Shown: positions 1 through 8,104 of the stretch, in pieces
How the letters are laid out: each line of letters opens with the position of its first letter
Position numbering within the stretch: the first letter of the stretch is position 1
DNA from: Promethearchaeota archaeon
Lineage (GTDB): Archaea; Asgardarchaeota; Lokiarchaeia; Sigyniarchaeales; SOKP01
Direction: 5' to 3'
Assembly: GCA_048938445.1 (NCBI GenBank)
Contig: JBHLME010000098.1
Coordinates: forward strand, 1-16,741
Length of the DNA: 16,741 nt
Made by a program: the position numbers and the translations under genes
Notes under the pieces: model-generated
Databases searched by the model: none
What the model saw: the letters and a program-made list of their open reading frames with translations, nothing else
Told to the model about the DNA's origin: nothing

Positions 1-112
1 AAATTTAAGAAATTGTCATGAAAAATTATTTAAATCATTAAAATAAATAAAACCTATAAAAATTTTTAAATAAATAATTGTAAAGATATACATTTTTCGA
101 GATTGATAAAAA

Positions 113-622
113 ATGCGAGAAGAAACAGATTATACTGAAGCAATTGAAGCATATAAGAACGATAAATACGTCATTCTTGAGCCATGGGGAAGAAGTATTG
201 ATCACTTGCGCTTGACAATTATTGGAAAGGAAAAAACCGCTTATGGGGGTGGTAAATTCATTTTTGAACTTAAATTTCCAGAAAATTATCCATTTCAACC
301 TCCTTATTCCTATGCTGTCACACTAATGTGGCATCCTAACATAGATTCGAGCATTCCTCCGGGAAAACTGAATATATGTCTCGATCTTATTAATCCTGAT
401 CTTGTAGGTAAAGTGGACGCATCAACCGGGGCTTCGGGATGGACCCCAAGCAAGACTTTAACTAATATAATAGAAGCTTTAAAGGGCATGATGCATGTAG
501 AACCTCCATTCTTTAATCCTGGTGACCCTTTGAATCACGAAGCAGGAGAGCAATATTTTAGAAATCAAAAGAAATTCTTTGAAAAAGCTAAGAAATGGAC
601 AGAGAAGTATGCGATGGATTAG
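113..622 (+). CDS. Ubiquitin-conjugating enzyme E2 (UBC fold)
   Basis: 169 aa with UBC hallmarks: YGGGKFIFELKFPENYPFQPP, HPN (H74), catalytic Cys in NICLDL (C89, codon 377-379), WTP, PLNHEA and C-terminal AKKWTEKYA. An in-frame TAA at 107-109 rules out an upstream extension. Confidence 0.95.
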   Translation: MREETDYTEAIEAYKNDKYVILEPWGRSIDHLRLTIIGKEKTAYGGGKFIFELKFPENYPFQPPYSYAVTLMWHPNIDSSIPPGKLNICLDLINPDLVGKVDASTGASGWTPSKTLTNIIEALKGMMHVEPPFFNPGDPLNHEAGEQYFRNQKKFFEKAKKWTEKYAMD

Positions 623-702
623 CGCAAAACGGGTCAAACGAGGAAAACATAGAAGATCTAAGCGATTTGGTGAATCTCCTTGGACTTGAAATGTTATAAT
701 CG

Positions 703-711
703 TTTTTTTTT
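703..711 (+). terminator. Putative archaeal oligo-T terminator downstream of E2
   Basis: T9 run about 80 nt after the E2 stop, at the transition to very AT-rich intergenic DNA. Confidence 0.4.
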
Positions 712-789
712 ACTATCTTAATTTTAAGTTGATATTTTAAATTAATTCAATTTTAATTATTAAAGCAGTCCGAATTAATAAACAGTAAA

Positions 790-1401
790 ATGAAAGAATT
801 AAAAGAAATCCTATATGAAAAAAAAGTTATAGTTTTTGACTTGGATGGGACAATTATTAAATTAAAAGTAAATTGGAGTGATTTACGGAGAATCTTAAGT
901 GAAAGATATTTTACTTTATATGGTGAAAAAAATGATTTTAAAACAGTTACCGAATGTTTTAATAAGATAATTGACCGAAAAGATGAGGTTGAATTGCTAA
1001 GGTTCTTCCAAATTGTTCAAGATTATGAATTAAAAAGTATTAAAAATAATGAATTAATTGAAGAAACGGCATATTTTATCAATAACCTTGAAAAATTTGG
1101 AGTAAAACAGAATACACATTTAGCTATTTTATCACTTAACATGCGAGAAACAATAATAAAATCATTGACTTTAGTTAATTTAAATGAAAAGTTTAATTAT
1201 ATTTTAGGAAAAGAAAATGTCCGCAATTGGAAACCTCATCCTGAAGGTTTATTAAAAATTCAAGATCACTTTGCTGAATCAAGTGAAAACATGATCTATT
1301 TTGGAGATCTAAAAAAAGATATTCAAACAGGCATTAATGCTGGTATTGATGCATTTTTCATAGAAGAATTAATTGATCTTGTTAATGAAAAAAGAAGCTG
1401 A
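790..1401 (+). CDS. HAD-superfamily hydrolase (phosphoglycolate phosphatase-like)
   Basis: Motif I FDLDGT, motif II ILS, motif III KPHP and motif IV FGDLKKD...GINAG. Confidence 0.9.
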   Translation: MKELKEILYEKKVIVFDLDGTIIKLKVNWSDLRRILSERYFTLYGEKNDFKTVTECFNKIIDRKDEVELLRFFQIVQDYELKSIKNNELIEETAYFINNLEKFGVKQNTHLAILSLNMRETIIKSLTLVNLNEKFNYILGKENVRNWKPHPEGLLKIQDHFAESSENMIYFGDLKKDIQTGINAGIDAFFIEELIDLVNEKRS

Positions 1402-1411
1402 ACTAAAAAAT

Positions 1412-1780
1412 TTAAGTCTTTACTACTTTTTCTAATACTTCTATTACTCCATCAGATTTAAATGGTTTTCTTACAAATCCTTTTACTTCTTTTGGTGTTT
1501 CATTACCTAAAGTTTCCTCGTTTATCGTTGATACTATTAAAATAGTTGCGTTCTTATCAAATGATAAAATATGTTTAATTGAATCTATTCCTCCCATTAC
1601 TGGCATTATAATGTCCATGGTGACAATATCAGGTTTGAGTTCTTTATATTTATCTATTGCTTCTTCTCCATTCGATGCTTCTCCTATTACTTCACAAAAA
1701 TCAGTAGCATTTATGATTTTCTTTAACATTGCTCTAGAAAATGAGGAATCATCAACAACCAAAACGGATTTTTTAGTCAT
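1412..1780 (-). CDS. Stand-alone response regulator receiver domain (CheY-like)
   Basis: VLVVDD acidic pair, EASNGEEA, phosphoacceptor Asp in PDIVTMDIIMP, conserved Ser in IVS, and KPF. 122 aa with no output domain. Confidence 0.92.
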   Translation of the reverse strand: MTKKSVLVVDDSSFSRAMLKKIINATDFCEVIGEASNGEEAIDKYKELKPDIVTMDIIMPVMGGIDSIKHILSFDKNATILIVSTINEETLGNETPKEVKGFVRKPFKSDGVIEVLEKVVKT

Positions 1781-1900
1781 GCTATATACCTATGGAATAA
1801 TATTAGTAAAATTATTTAAAAAGCTAGTAAGGATTATTTTATTTAAACATTTTTAATACGAAAAAAATATATTGAATTATTTTAAAAATAATTCTAATTA

Positions 1901-3493
1901 TTACATGAATTTGATGATTACGTTATATTTATTGATTTCTGATTCTTCTTTTGCTTTTCCTAATGGTGTTAGAGAAACTGTATCATTGCTTCTTAATTTT
2001 AACTCAGCTTGTAGATTAACATTAAAATCTTTAAATATAGGATTATTTGAATTGGGATCCCAATAAATTTCTTTTGTCATTGGATTGGTAATCATCCATT
2101 CTTGAGGATTCAAGGGAATCTCGATCTGTTCCATTGCCCAAAAGATTTTACTAAGGTCTGCGTTAAATTCAAGAACTATTTGAATATTTTCTTCACCTTC
2201 AATATTTCCACAGGCAAGACAATCTTCTCTTTTACTTATTTCTAATGCCTCAAATATTCCATATACCCCATTATAATTTAAATAAGGTGGATCCATGGGA
2301 GGTCCAATATTTCTCCCATTTACCCGGAATAATAACTTTAATGCTTCTTGAGTTTCGATACTTGAAATTATAGAACTTACTGACTGAATTGCAGCAATTT
2401 TATTTCCTAAAATATTTTCCATTTCCTCAAATTTGTAATCAGGACCAAAAGTACTTTTAATGTTTTCTTTCCATTCTGTAATTTCTGCTTCAGACATTTC
2501 TGCTAATTTTTCATCTGATACATTTTCTTTAAAAATTCTTCCCCTTAACTGCTCAAGTTGTTCTTGTGCTAATTCCATTAGCTTCATGACTTCTTCATCA
2601 TTATTCAAATCAGGTTTATTGCCAAATTGTTTTTCATAATCTACTTCTGCTTTAATGACACAATGATTTCTATTTCTTGGTAAACCCTTTAAAGTACACG
2701 CTGCAACTAATTTATCGTCTGCAGGTGGTATTGGAACTACACAACGGTAACATGGTGTTTGATCTAAAAGTTTAGGTGCAAATTTTTCATCGAATTCGCC
2801 TTTTATCCTTTCTCTTATCTTATTTATTATTGGTTGAATTATATTTTCTCTTAATTTATCAATTTTTTCCTCTAATTCACCAATCATTCGTTCTGCTTCA
2901 AAATATTCAGGATATTCTTCTTCATTGAGATACCATAGTTCTGTTTCAACGATTTTATCGATTTCACTTTCTCTATCTTTATATTGAATTCCTGATTCTT
3001 CTGGAATTACAATCTGAACATGTCCTTCAAATCCTACAGTTCCTCCCTCAACCATAGGTTTCTTCATTCTCAAGCAAATTTTATTGAGGTCTAATCTTGC
3101 ATTAAAATTATCTAATGCAGCAATTACAACATCAGCTTCTTCATATACTGACATGGGTAATTTTTGTAATTTCTCAAAGTGATATTCAACCTTTAAATAT
3201 GGATTCATATCCTTTAAACGTTCAGCGGCTACTTCTGCTTTAGGTCTTCCCTCATCTCCAGGACGAAAGAGCATCTGTCTCGATAAATTGGAGGTTTCAA
3301 TTGTATCTAAATCCACTAATACTAGTTTTCCGATGCCCATTAGCGTAAAGTCCTTAGCAATCTCACAACCAAGTGCCCCTACTCCAATAATTAATATACA
3401 GGCATGATCAATAACATCTTGATCCCATCCTTCGATTAATTGTTGACGAGCAAACATCCGGGATTTAAAAATTTGGTCCTTTTGTTCTATCAT
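1901..3493 (-). CDS. Ubiquitin-like activating enzyme E1 (ThiF/UBA family, UBA3/UBA2-like architecture)
   Basis: GVGALG nucleotide-binding loop, DLDTIETSNLSRQMLF, KAEVAA, ALDN..AR, GTVGFEG, Zn ligands CYRC (248/251) and CLAC (425/428), catalytic motif ACTLKGLPRNRNHC (C266, 2696-2698), and a ~95-aa C-terminal domain in the position of the E2-binding ubiquitin-fold domain. Confidence 0.93.
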   Translation of the reverse strand: MIEQKDQIFKSRMFARQQLIEGWDQDVIDHACILIIGVGALGCEIAKDFTLMGIGKLVLVDLDTIETSNLSRQMLFRPGDEGRPKAEVAAERLKDMNPYLKVEYHFEKLQKLPMSVYEEADVVIAALDNFNARLDLNKICLRMKKPMVEGGTVGFEGHVQIVIPEESGIQYKDRESEIDKIVETELWYLNEEEYPEYFEAERMIGELEEKIDKLRENIIQPIINKIRERIKGEFDEKFAPKLLDQTPCYRCVVPIPPADDKLVAACTLKGLPRNRNHCVIKAEVDYEKQFGNKPDLNNDEEVMKLMELAQEQLEQLRGRIFKENVSDEKLAEMSEAEITEWKENIKSTFGPDYKFEEMENILGNKIAAIQSVSSIISSIETQEALKLLFRVNGRNIGPPMDPPYLNYNGVYGIFEALEISKREDCLACGNIEGEENIQIVLEFNADLSKIFWAMEQIEIPLNPQEWMITNPMTKEIYWDPNSNNPIFKDFNVNLQAELKLRSNDTVSLTPLGKAKEESEINKYNVIIKFM

Positions 3494-3647
3494 AATAAAA
3501 TCGTGTTAAAATAATATTATTATTAATATAATTCTTTCATGTGAATTTAAATTCTTTTTATTCAATTAATAGAATTTGCAATATATCAAAGATATTTTAT
3601 AATTTGAATTTTATCTTATATTTTATATTGATTTTTTACTTTGTATT

Positions 3648-6600
3648 TTATTTTTCATCTTTCTTTGCTACTTTTTTAATCATACGCGTGATATCCTCTA
3701 ATTCTTTCATCTCTTTTACCCTTTCTAAATCTTCTTGTTTTTTCTTCTCCTTTTCTTCAGCTTTTGCTAACTCTGCCATTAATTCTTCTCTAAATTTTAT
3801 CATTGCCCTCATATTTTTTCTAAACACTTTCGCTTCTATAGCAATTTTTTCTTGTTCTTTTTTCTCTAATAACACTTGCTTTTTCTGTTTTTCTTCTATA
3901 ATTAATGTAATTTCATCTGTAAATGTTCCAATCTCATCAACCATCACCTCTTTCTGCTCATCTTCTCTTCTTCTTCGCTCATCTTCTATTTTTCTCTTCT
4001 GTTCTAATTCTCTTTGTTCTTCTTGAATTTCTTCAAATCTTCTTTTTAATTTTTGTTCTAATAATCTTGCGCTCTTTATTTCAGCATTGATATAATCAAC
4101 TTCTTTATCCCATCCAATTTCTTTGAACTTCGTTTTCGCTTCATTATATAGTCCATATGCTTTATCAAAATCATATTTGATCGCATGTTTTTTGCCTTCA
4201 TCAATCAGTCTTAATCCTTCGTCTCTTATTTCATTATCTGATCTCCTTTTTTCAAGCATCATTTCATACTGTATCATTTGTTCTTCCCTCTCCTTTTCAT
4301 AAATCGCTCGTCTCTGACGACTTTCATCCTGAAATATCTCATATTCTTGTTGTCTTTTTATCCTTTCTTGCTCTTCAAATTTTTGGTTTTCAATTAGCTT
4401 TACTTTTTCTTGCTGCAAATCCAGTATTAGTTCAGATATTTGTTTTATCTCTGGTTCCCAACCAACGTGTTCTTCCAAAATGGTCCTTGCTTGCTTATAT
4501 AAAGATATTGCAGCGTCATAATCAGGAGGAGGCAACTTTAAAAAAGGTTTTGCCTTTTCTAATAAAGAATATGCTGTTTCTCTATAACTTGCTTTCTCTT
4601 GAGCAATTTTTATTCTTTCTTGTTTAGCTAATTGTTCAGCTAATTTCTTTTCTCTTTCTTGTATTTGACGTTCTTCAATTATGGCTTCTAATTCTTTTTC
4701 TTCTTGTAAACGTTTTAATTCTTTTTGAAGTTCTCGTTCTTTCTCAAATTCTGCTTGTTTTTTAAGTGTATTTACTTTTGTCATCATCTCTTTTATAGTA
4801 TCAGTAGGAAATTGCATTTGGTGTAATAATATTTCCGCTTTTCGATATTTTTCCAAAGCTTTATTATATTTTCTAATTTTTAACAGATTTTCTGCTTCCT
4901 CCAATATAGAAAAAGCATTATCTTTCTGTTTTTTAAGAATTTTCTCTCTTTCTTCTAATTTCTTTGTTATTATTTGTCTTTGTCTTAGTCTTTCTTTTTC
5001 TTTTATATTATTCTCAGCAATTTGTTTTTGAAAATTAGCTTCCTCTTTTTTTAATTGAATTTTTAATTCCTTTTCTCTTTCTTTAAGCTTTTCTTGTTTT
5101 GCTTTCATAGATTCAATTTTTTGAATCATTTCTTGAATGATTATTACCGGATATTGTATCTCATTTAAAATTAACTCCGCATTTCGATACATTTCAATGG
5201 TTTTATCATAATTCCCTCTTCTTATATCTAATTCTGCATTTTCTAAAATTTTAAATGCCTCTTGTCTTTTAAGTTCAGCATGTTGTTGTACTTCTTCTTT
5301 TTCTTTTAATAACATCTCTTTTTGTCTTTGTTTAGACTTTTCTATCATGAGTTCCTTTGCGATTTGTTTTTGAAATCTTTTTTCTTCATTTAATCTTTCA
5401 ATTTCCTTTTGCAATTGCTCTTGTTTGAAAAGATTATTTTGTTTGATTTTTAACTCAAGTGTTTTTATTGAAGTTTCAATCAACGGAAATTCGTCTAACC
5501 ATTGAATTTCAGCAAAAATGAGTCCTGCGTTTTGATATGCATTTATCGCTTTCTCAAATTCTCCTTTGTTGATGTATTTTTGGGCAGTATCTAAAATTTT
5601 AAAAGCTTCATTTTTTCTCATTACATTATACTGTAACTCATCTTCTCTGGCTAATAACGCTATTTTCTTCTTTTTTAAATTCTCGCGTTCAATATTTAAT
5701 TGTTTGGAAACTTGTGCCTGAAATTCTATCTCATCCTTTTTTCTTTTTTCTAACTTTTGTTTCTCTATCAGTTCTCTTTCTGCTCTAGATTTCTTTAATT
5801 GCTGAATACTCGCAAGAGATGTTTTTATAGTAGAGGTATGCATGTTCCAATCGGGGCCTAAAATATTAATTAATTCTAAAGCCTCATTATATTTTGAAAT
5901 AGCAGCCTCATAGTTCCCTTCATTTTGTAAGAAGTTATCTGCATCATTTAATAAACTGTAAAAATGAGATTCTAAAACTTCTTTTTCCGCTTTCTTTTCT
6001 TTATATTCCCTTTGTCTTATTGAAATTTCTTGAGATGTTTGTATAACTTCATCCTTTTGTTTTAAGGAGATTGATTCTTGTAAAGTTTTTAGATCTTGTT
6101 GCTTTTTAACTAATTTTTGGGTTTCTTCTATTTCTTTTTGTTGATTATTTTTAATATTTTCTATAAAATTTAAAATTGGTTGAATATAAGAATGCCATTC
6201 AATAGTTTCTAACAGGTGTATTGCTTTTTCTAATTCCTTTATGGCAAGATCATATTTCTTCTCCTTTTCCAGTCTTTTTCCCTCATCAATAAAATAAAAA
6301 GCTTTTTCTTGTATTTTTTCTTCTTCCTTCTTTTTTTCATCAAATTCTCGAATTTTTGTGATATTTGAGTCTAAATATTGACTTTCATTAATAGATTCAT
6401 CCAAATTTTGTTCTTGCACGATTTCTATAGGTTGAGCTTGAAATTCTTCTATCTCTTCTCTATTTCTTTTGATTTTTTCAATTATTAATTTAATATTCTG
6501 TGTTTGTTCGACCCAACCAATTGAATTTAGTAATTTCATTGATTCTTTATAATGATTGATAGCTTCATCAAAATTTTTCTCTCTTTCCAATTGATTTGCT

Positions 6601-7193
6601 TTATCTAAAATCTTAAAAGCTTTTTCCTGAGTCTCTTGTTCTTTTTTTTTCTTTACTTCATACTCTCTAACACTAGAAGTACTCTTTGCAATCGTTGGTT
6701 TAATTTCAATTTTAAAATCTGTTTGAGGAATGGATATTTCTTCTTTCTTTTCAATGATTTTTTCCTGATCAATCACCTCTGCCAAATTAACAGCTTTTGA
6801 CTTTAAATGTTCTAATTGCTGTTCGCTCCAGCCCGCTTTTACTAATAAAGTTATTGCAGAAACGATATTAATGACAGCATCATTTAAATTTCCCTCAGAT
6901 TCAAATTTATTTGCACCATCAATCAAAGAGTTCGCTTGAGTTTCTAACTGTTTTTTAGATTCTACTTCCTCTTCCTTATGGATTTTCTCTCCTTGGCTAA
7001 TAATTTTCTTTATTTCTTCTATTCTTGAATATAACTCATTAATTCTCTCTGATAAATACCCACTTTGTCTTAAATCTTCAAACGCTATTTCATAATTTTC
7101 TAGAGCTTTTCCCCAATCTTTTGATTCTTCAAATTTTTCTGCAACTTCTAAATATTTTAAAGCTTTCTGGGCTAAATCAAGTCGTTTTTCCAT
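3648..7193 (-). CDS. Large alpha-helical repeat protein: ten MIT/TPR-like modules joined by E/K/Q/R-rich helices
   Basis: Open frame of about 1180 aa (ATG at 7193; TTG at 7199 is an alternative start). Recurrent motif AF.IL..A.......Y..AI..Y..A..LL..I.W seen ten times. CDS is secure, fold assignment is tentative. Confidence 0.85.
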   Translation of the reverse strand: MEKRLDLAQKALKYLEVAEKFEESKDWGKALENYEIAFEDLRQSGYLSERINELYSRIEEIKKIISQGEKIHKEEEVESKKQLETQANSLIDGANKFESEGNLNDAVINIVSAITLLVKAGWSEQQLEHLKSKAVNLAEVIDQEKIIEKKEEISIPQTDFKIEIKPTIAKSTSSVREYEVKKKKEQETQEKAFKILDKANQLEREKNFDEAINHYKESMKLLNSIGWVEQTQNIKLIIEKIKRNREEIEEFQAQPIEIVQEQNLDESINESQYLDSNITKIREFDEKKKEEEKIQEKAFYFIDEGKRLEKEKKYDLAIKELEKAIHLLETIEWHSYIQPILNFIENIKNNQQKEIEETQKLVKKQQDLKTLQESISLKQKDEVIQTSQEISIRQREYKEKKAEKEVLESHFYSLLNDADNFLQNEGNYEAAISKYNEALELINILGPDWNMHTSTIKTSLASIQQLKKSRAERELIEKQKLEKRKKDEIEFQAQVSKQLNIERENLKKKKIALLAREDELQYNVMRKNEAFKILDTAQKYINKGEFEKAINAYQNAGLIFAEIQWLDEFPLIETSIKTLELKIKQNNLFKQEQLQKEIERLNEEKRFQKQIAKELMIEKSKQRQKEMLLKEKEEVQQHAELKRQEAFKILENAELDIRRGNYDKTIEMYRNAELILNEIQYPVIIIQEMIQKIESMKAKQEKLKEREKELKIQLKKEEANFQKQIAENNIKEKERLRQRQIITKKLEEREKILKKQKDNAFSILEEAENLLKIRKYNKALEKYRKAEILLHQMQFPTDTIKEMMTKVNTLKKQAEFEKERELQKELKRLQEEKELEAIIEERQIQEREKKLAEQLAKQERIKIAQEKASYRETAYSLLEKAKPFLKLPPPDYDAAISLYKQARTILEEHVGWEPEIKQISELILDLQQEKVKLIENQKFEEQERIKRQQEYEIFQDESRQRRAIYEKEREEQMIQYEMMLEKRRSDNEIRDEGLRLIDEGKKHAIKYDFDKAYGLYNEAKTKFKEIGWDKEVDYINAEIKSARLLEQKLKRRFEEIQEEQRELEQKRKIEDERRRREDEQKEVMVDEIGTFTDEITLIIEEKQKKQVLLEKKEQEKIAIEAKVFRKNMRAMIKFREELMAELAKAEEKEKKKQEDLERVKEMKELEDITRMIKKVAKKDEK

Positions 7194-7199
7194 TTTCAA

Positions 7200-7506
7200 G
7201 TAAACTCTTTTTTAATGAATTTAAAATAATTCAAATAAGTACACTAAGATAAAATAAGTCATTATTTTATAATAATTATCAAAACTTAATAATTGAACTT
7301 ATCTAAAATTTTTTTAATTAAATATTGACCATCTTTTAAGAAGCTTAAAATTAAATATAAATATTCAAATTATTATTTTATAAAAATATATAAAATCGAA
7401 ATATATTAATTTTATAATTAAAGTATTTTAAAAATAGATAAACAATTAAATACGATTTTAGATATTACATTATATATTAAATTAAAAAAAAAATATGTGA
7501 AATTTA
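7200..7506. promoter_or_regulatory. Divergent promoter region between the repeat protein and the Rab-like GTPase
   Basis: Extremely AT-rich gap between divergent starts. TATA-like TATATATTAA at 7471-7480 lies about 30 nt before the ATG at 7507. Individual elements are hard to assign in such AT-rich DNA. Confidence 0.45.
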
Positions 7507-8031
7507 ATGTCAAGTTTCAAACTTAAAGTATTACTTACTGGTGCTGCCGCAGTTGGTAAAACAAGCCTTGTCCAACGTTTTATTAAGCAAAGATTTGCCG
7601 CGAATTATAAATTGACTGTTGGTGTAGACATTTTAACAAAAGATGTAGAATTTCGCCCAGGAGAAATTGCAACTTTAAGCATATGGGACATCGGTGGTCA
7701 GCAAAGGTTTGAATTTATTAGGTCAACATTTTACAAGGGCGCTGCAGGAGCTTTATTAGCTTTTGACCTTACGAGAGAACAGACTTATCAAGAAACTAGA
7801 AAATGGTTGACAGAAATAAGGCAATTTGCAGGAGCAGACCTCCCTTTTGTATTTATTGGAAATAAAGCAGACTTGATCGAAGATGTTGGAGAAGTCATTG
7901 ACAGAAACGAAGCTCGTGCTTTTGCTGAAAACGAAGGTAGTATTTATATCGAGACTTCAGCTAAAACTGGCGTCAACGTGGATGAAGCTTTTACAGAATT
8001 AACTCGAAGAATCATTGATTCGAGAATATAA
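7507..8031 (+). CDS. Rab-like small GTPase (Ras superfamily)
   Basis: G1 GAAAVGKTS, G2 YKLTVGVD, G3 WDIGGQ, G4 NKAD, G5 ETSAK. RabF-like motifs VGVDI, LSIW, RF, FYKGA and LAFDLT. No C-terminal Cys prenylation tail. Confidence 0.95.
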   Translation: MSSFKLKVLLTGAAAVGKTSLVQRFIKQRFAANYKLTVGVDILTKDVEFRPGEIATLSIWDIGGQQRFEFIRSTFYKGAAGALLAFDLTREQTYQETRKWLTEIRQFAGADLPFVFIGNKADLIEDVGEVIDRNEARAFAENEGSIYIETSAKTGVNVDEAFTELTRRIIDSRI

Positions 8032-8104
8032 ATAAGTTAAAATCCTATTTTTCTAAGTGAATACGTTTTATATTTTAATTCTTATCTTTTATAAAAAAAC
8101 AATC

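Noticed and set aside
38-298. 86-aa minus-strand ORF
   Set aside because: Antisense shadow of the E2 gene and its AT-rich upstream region, with no recognisable motifs.
620-652. Read-through of the E2 TAG (pyrrolysine or recoding)
   Set aside because: A second in-frame TAG follows ten codons later, and the UBC fold is already complete at KYAMD.
1611-2066. Plus-strand ORFs 1611-1856 and 1872-2066
   Set aside because: Antisense to the receiver and E1 genes. No motifs, and neither ends in a ubiquitin-like GG.
3543-3554. Perfect palindrome GAATTTAAATTC upstream of E1
   Set aside because: Almost all A/T and I saw only one copy, so it cannot be distinguished from background.
3541-4026. 161-aa hydrophobic F/S-rich ORF that looks like a membrane protein
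   Set aside because: Its composition is the expected antisense reading of the GAA/AAA-rich codons of the repeat protein.
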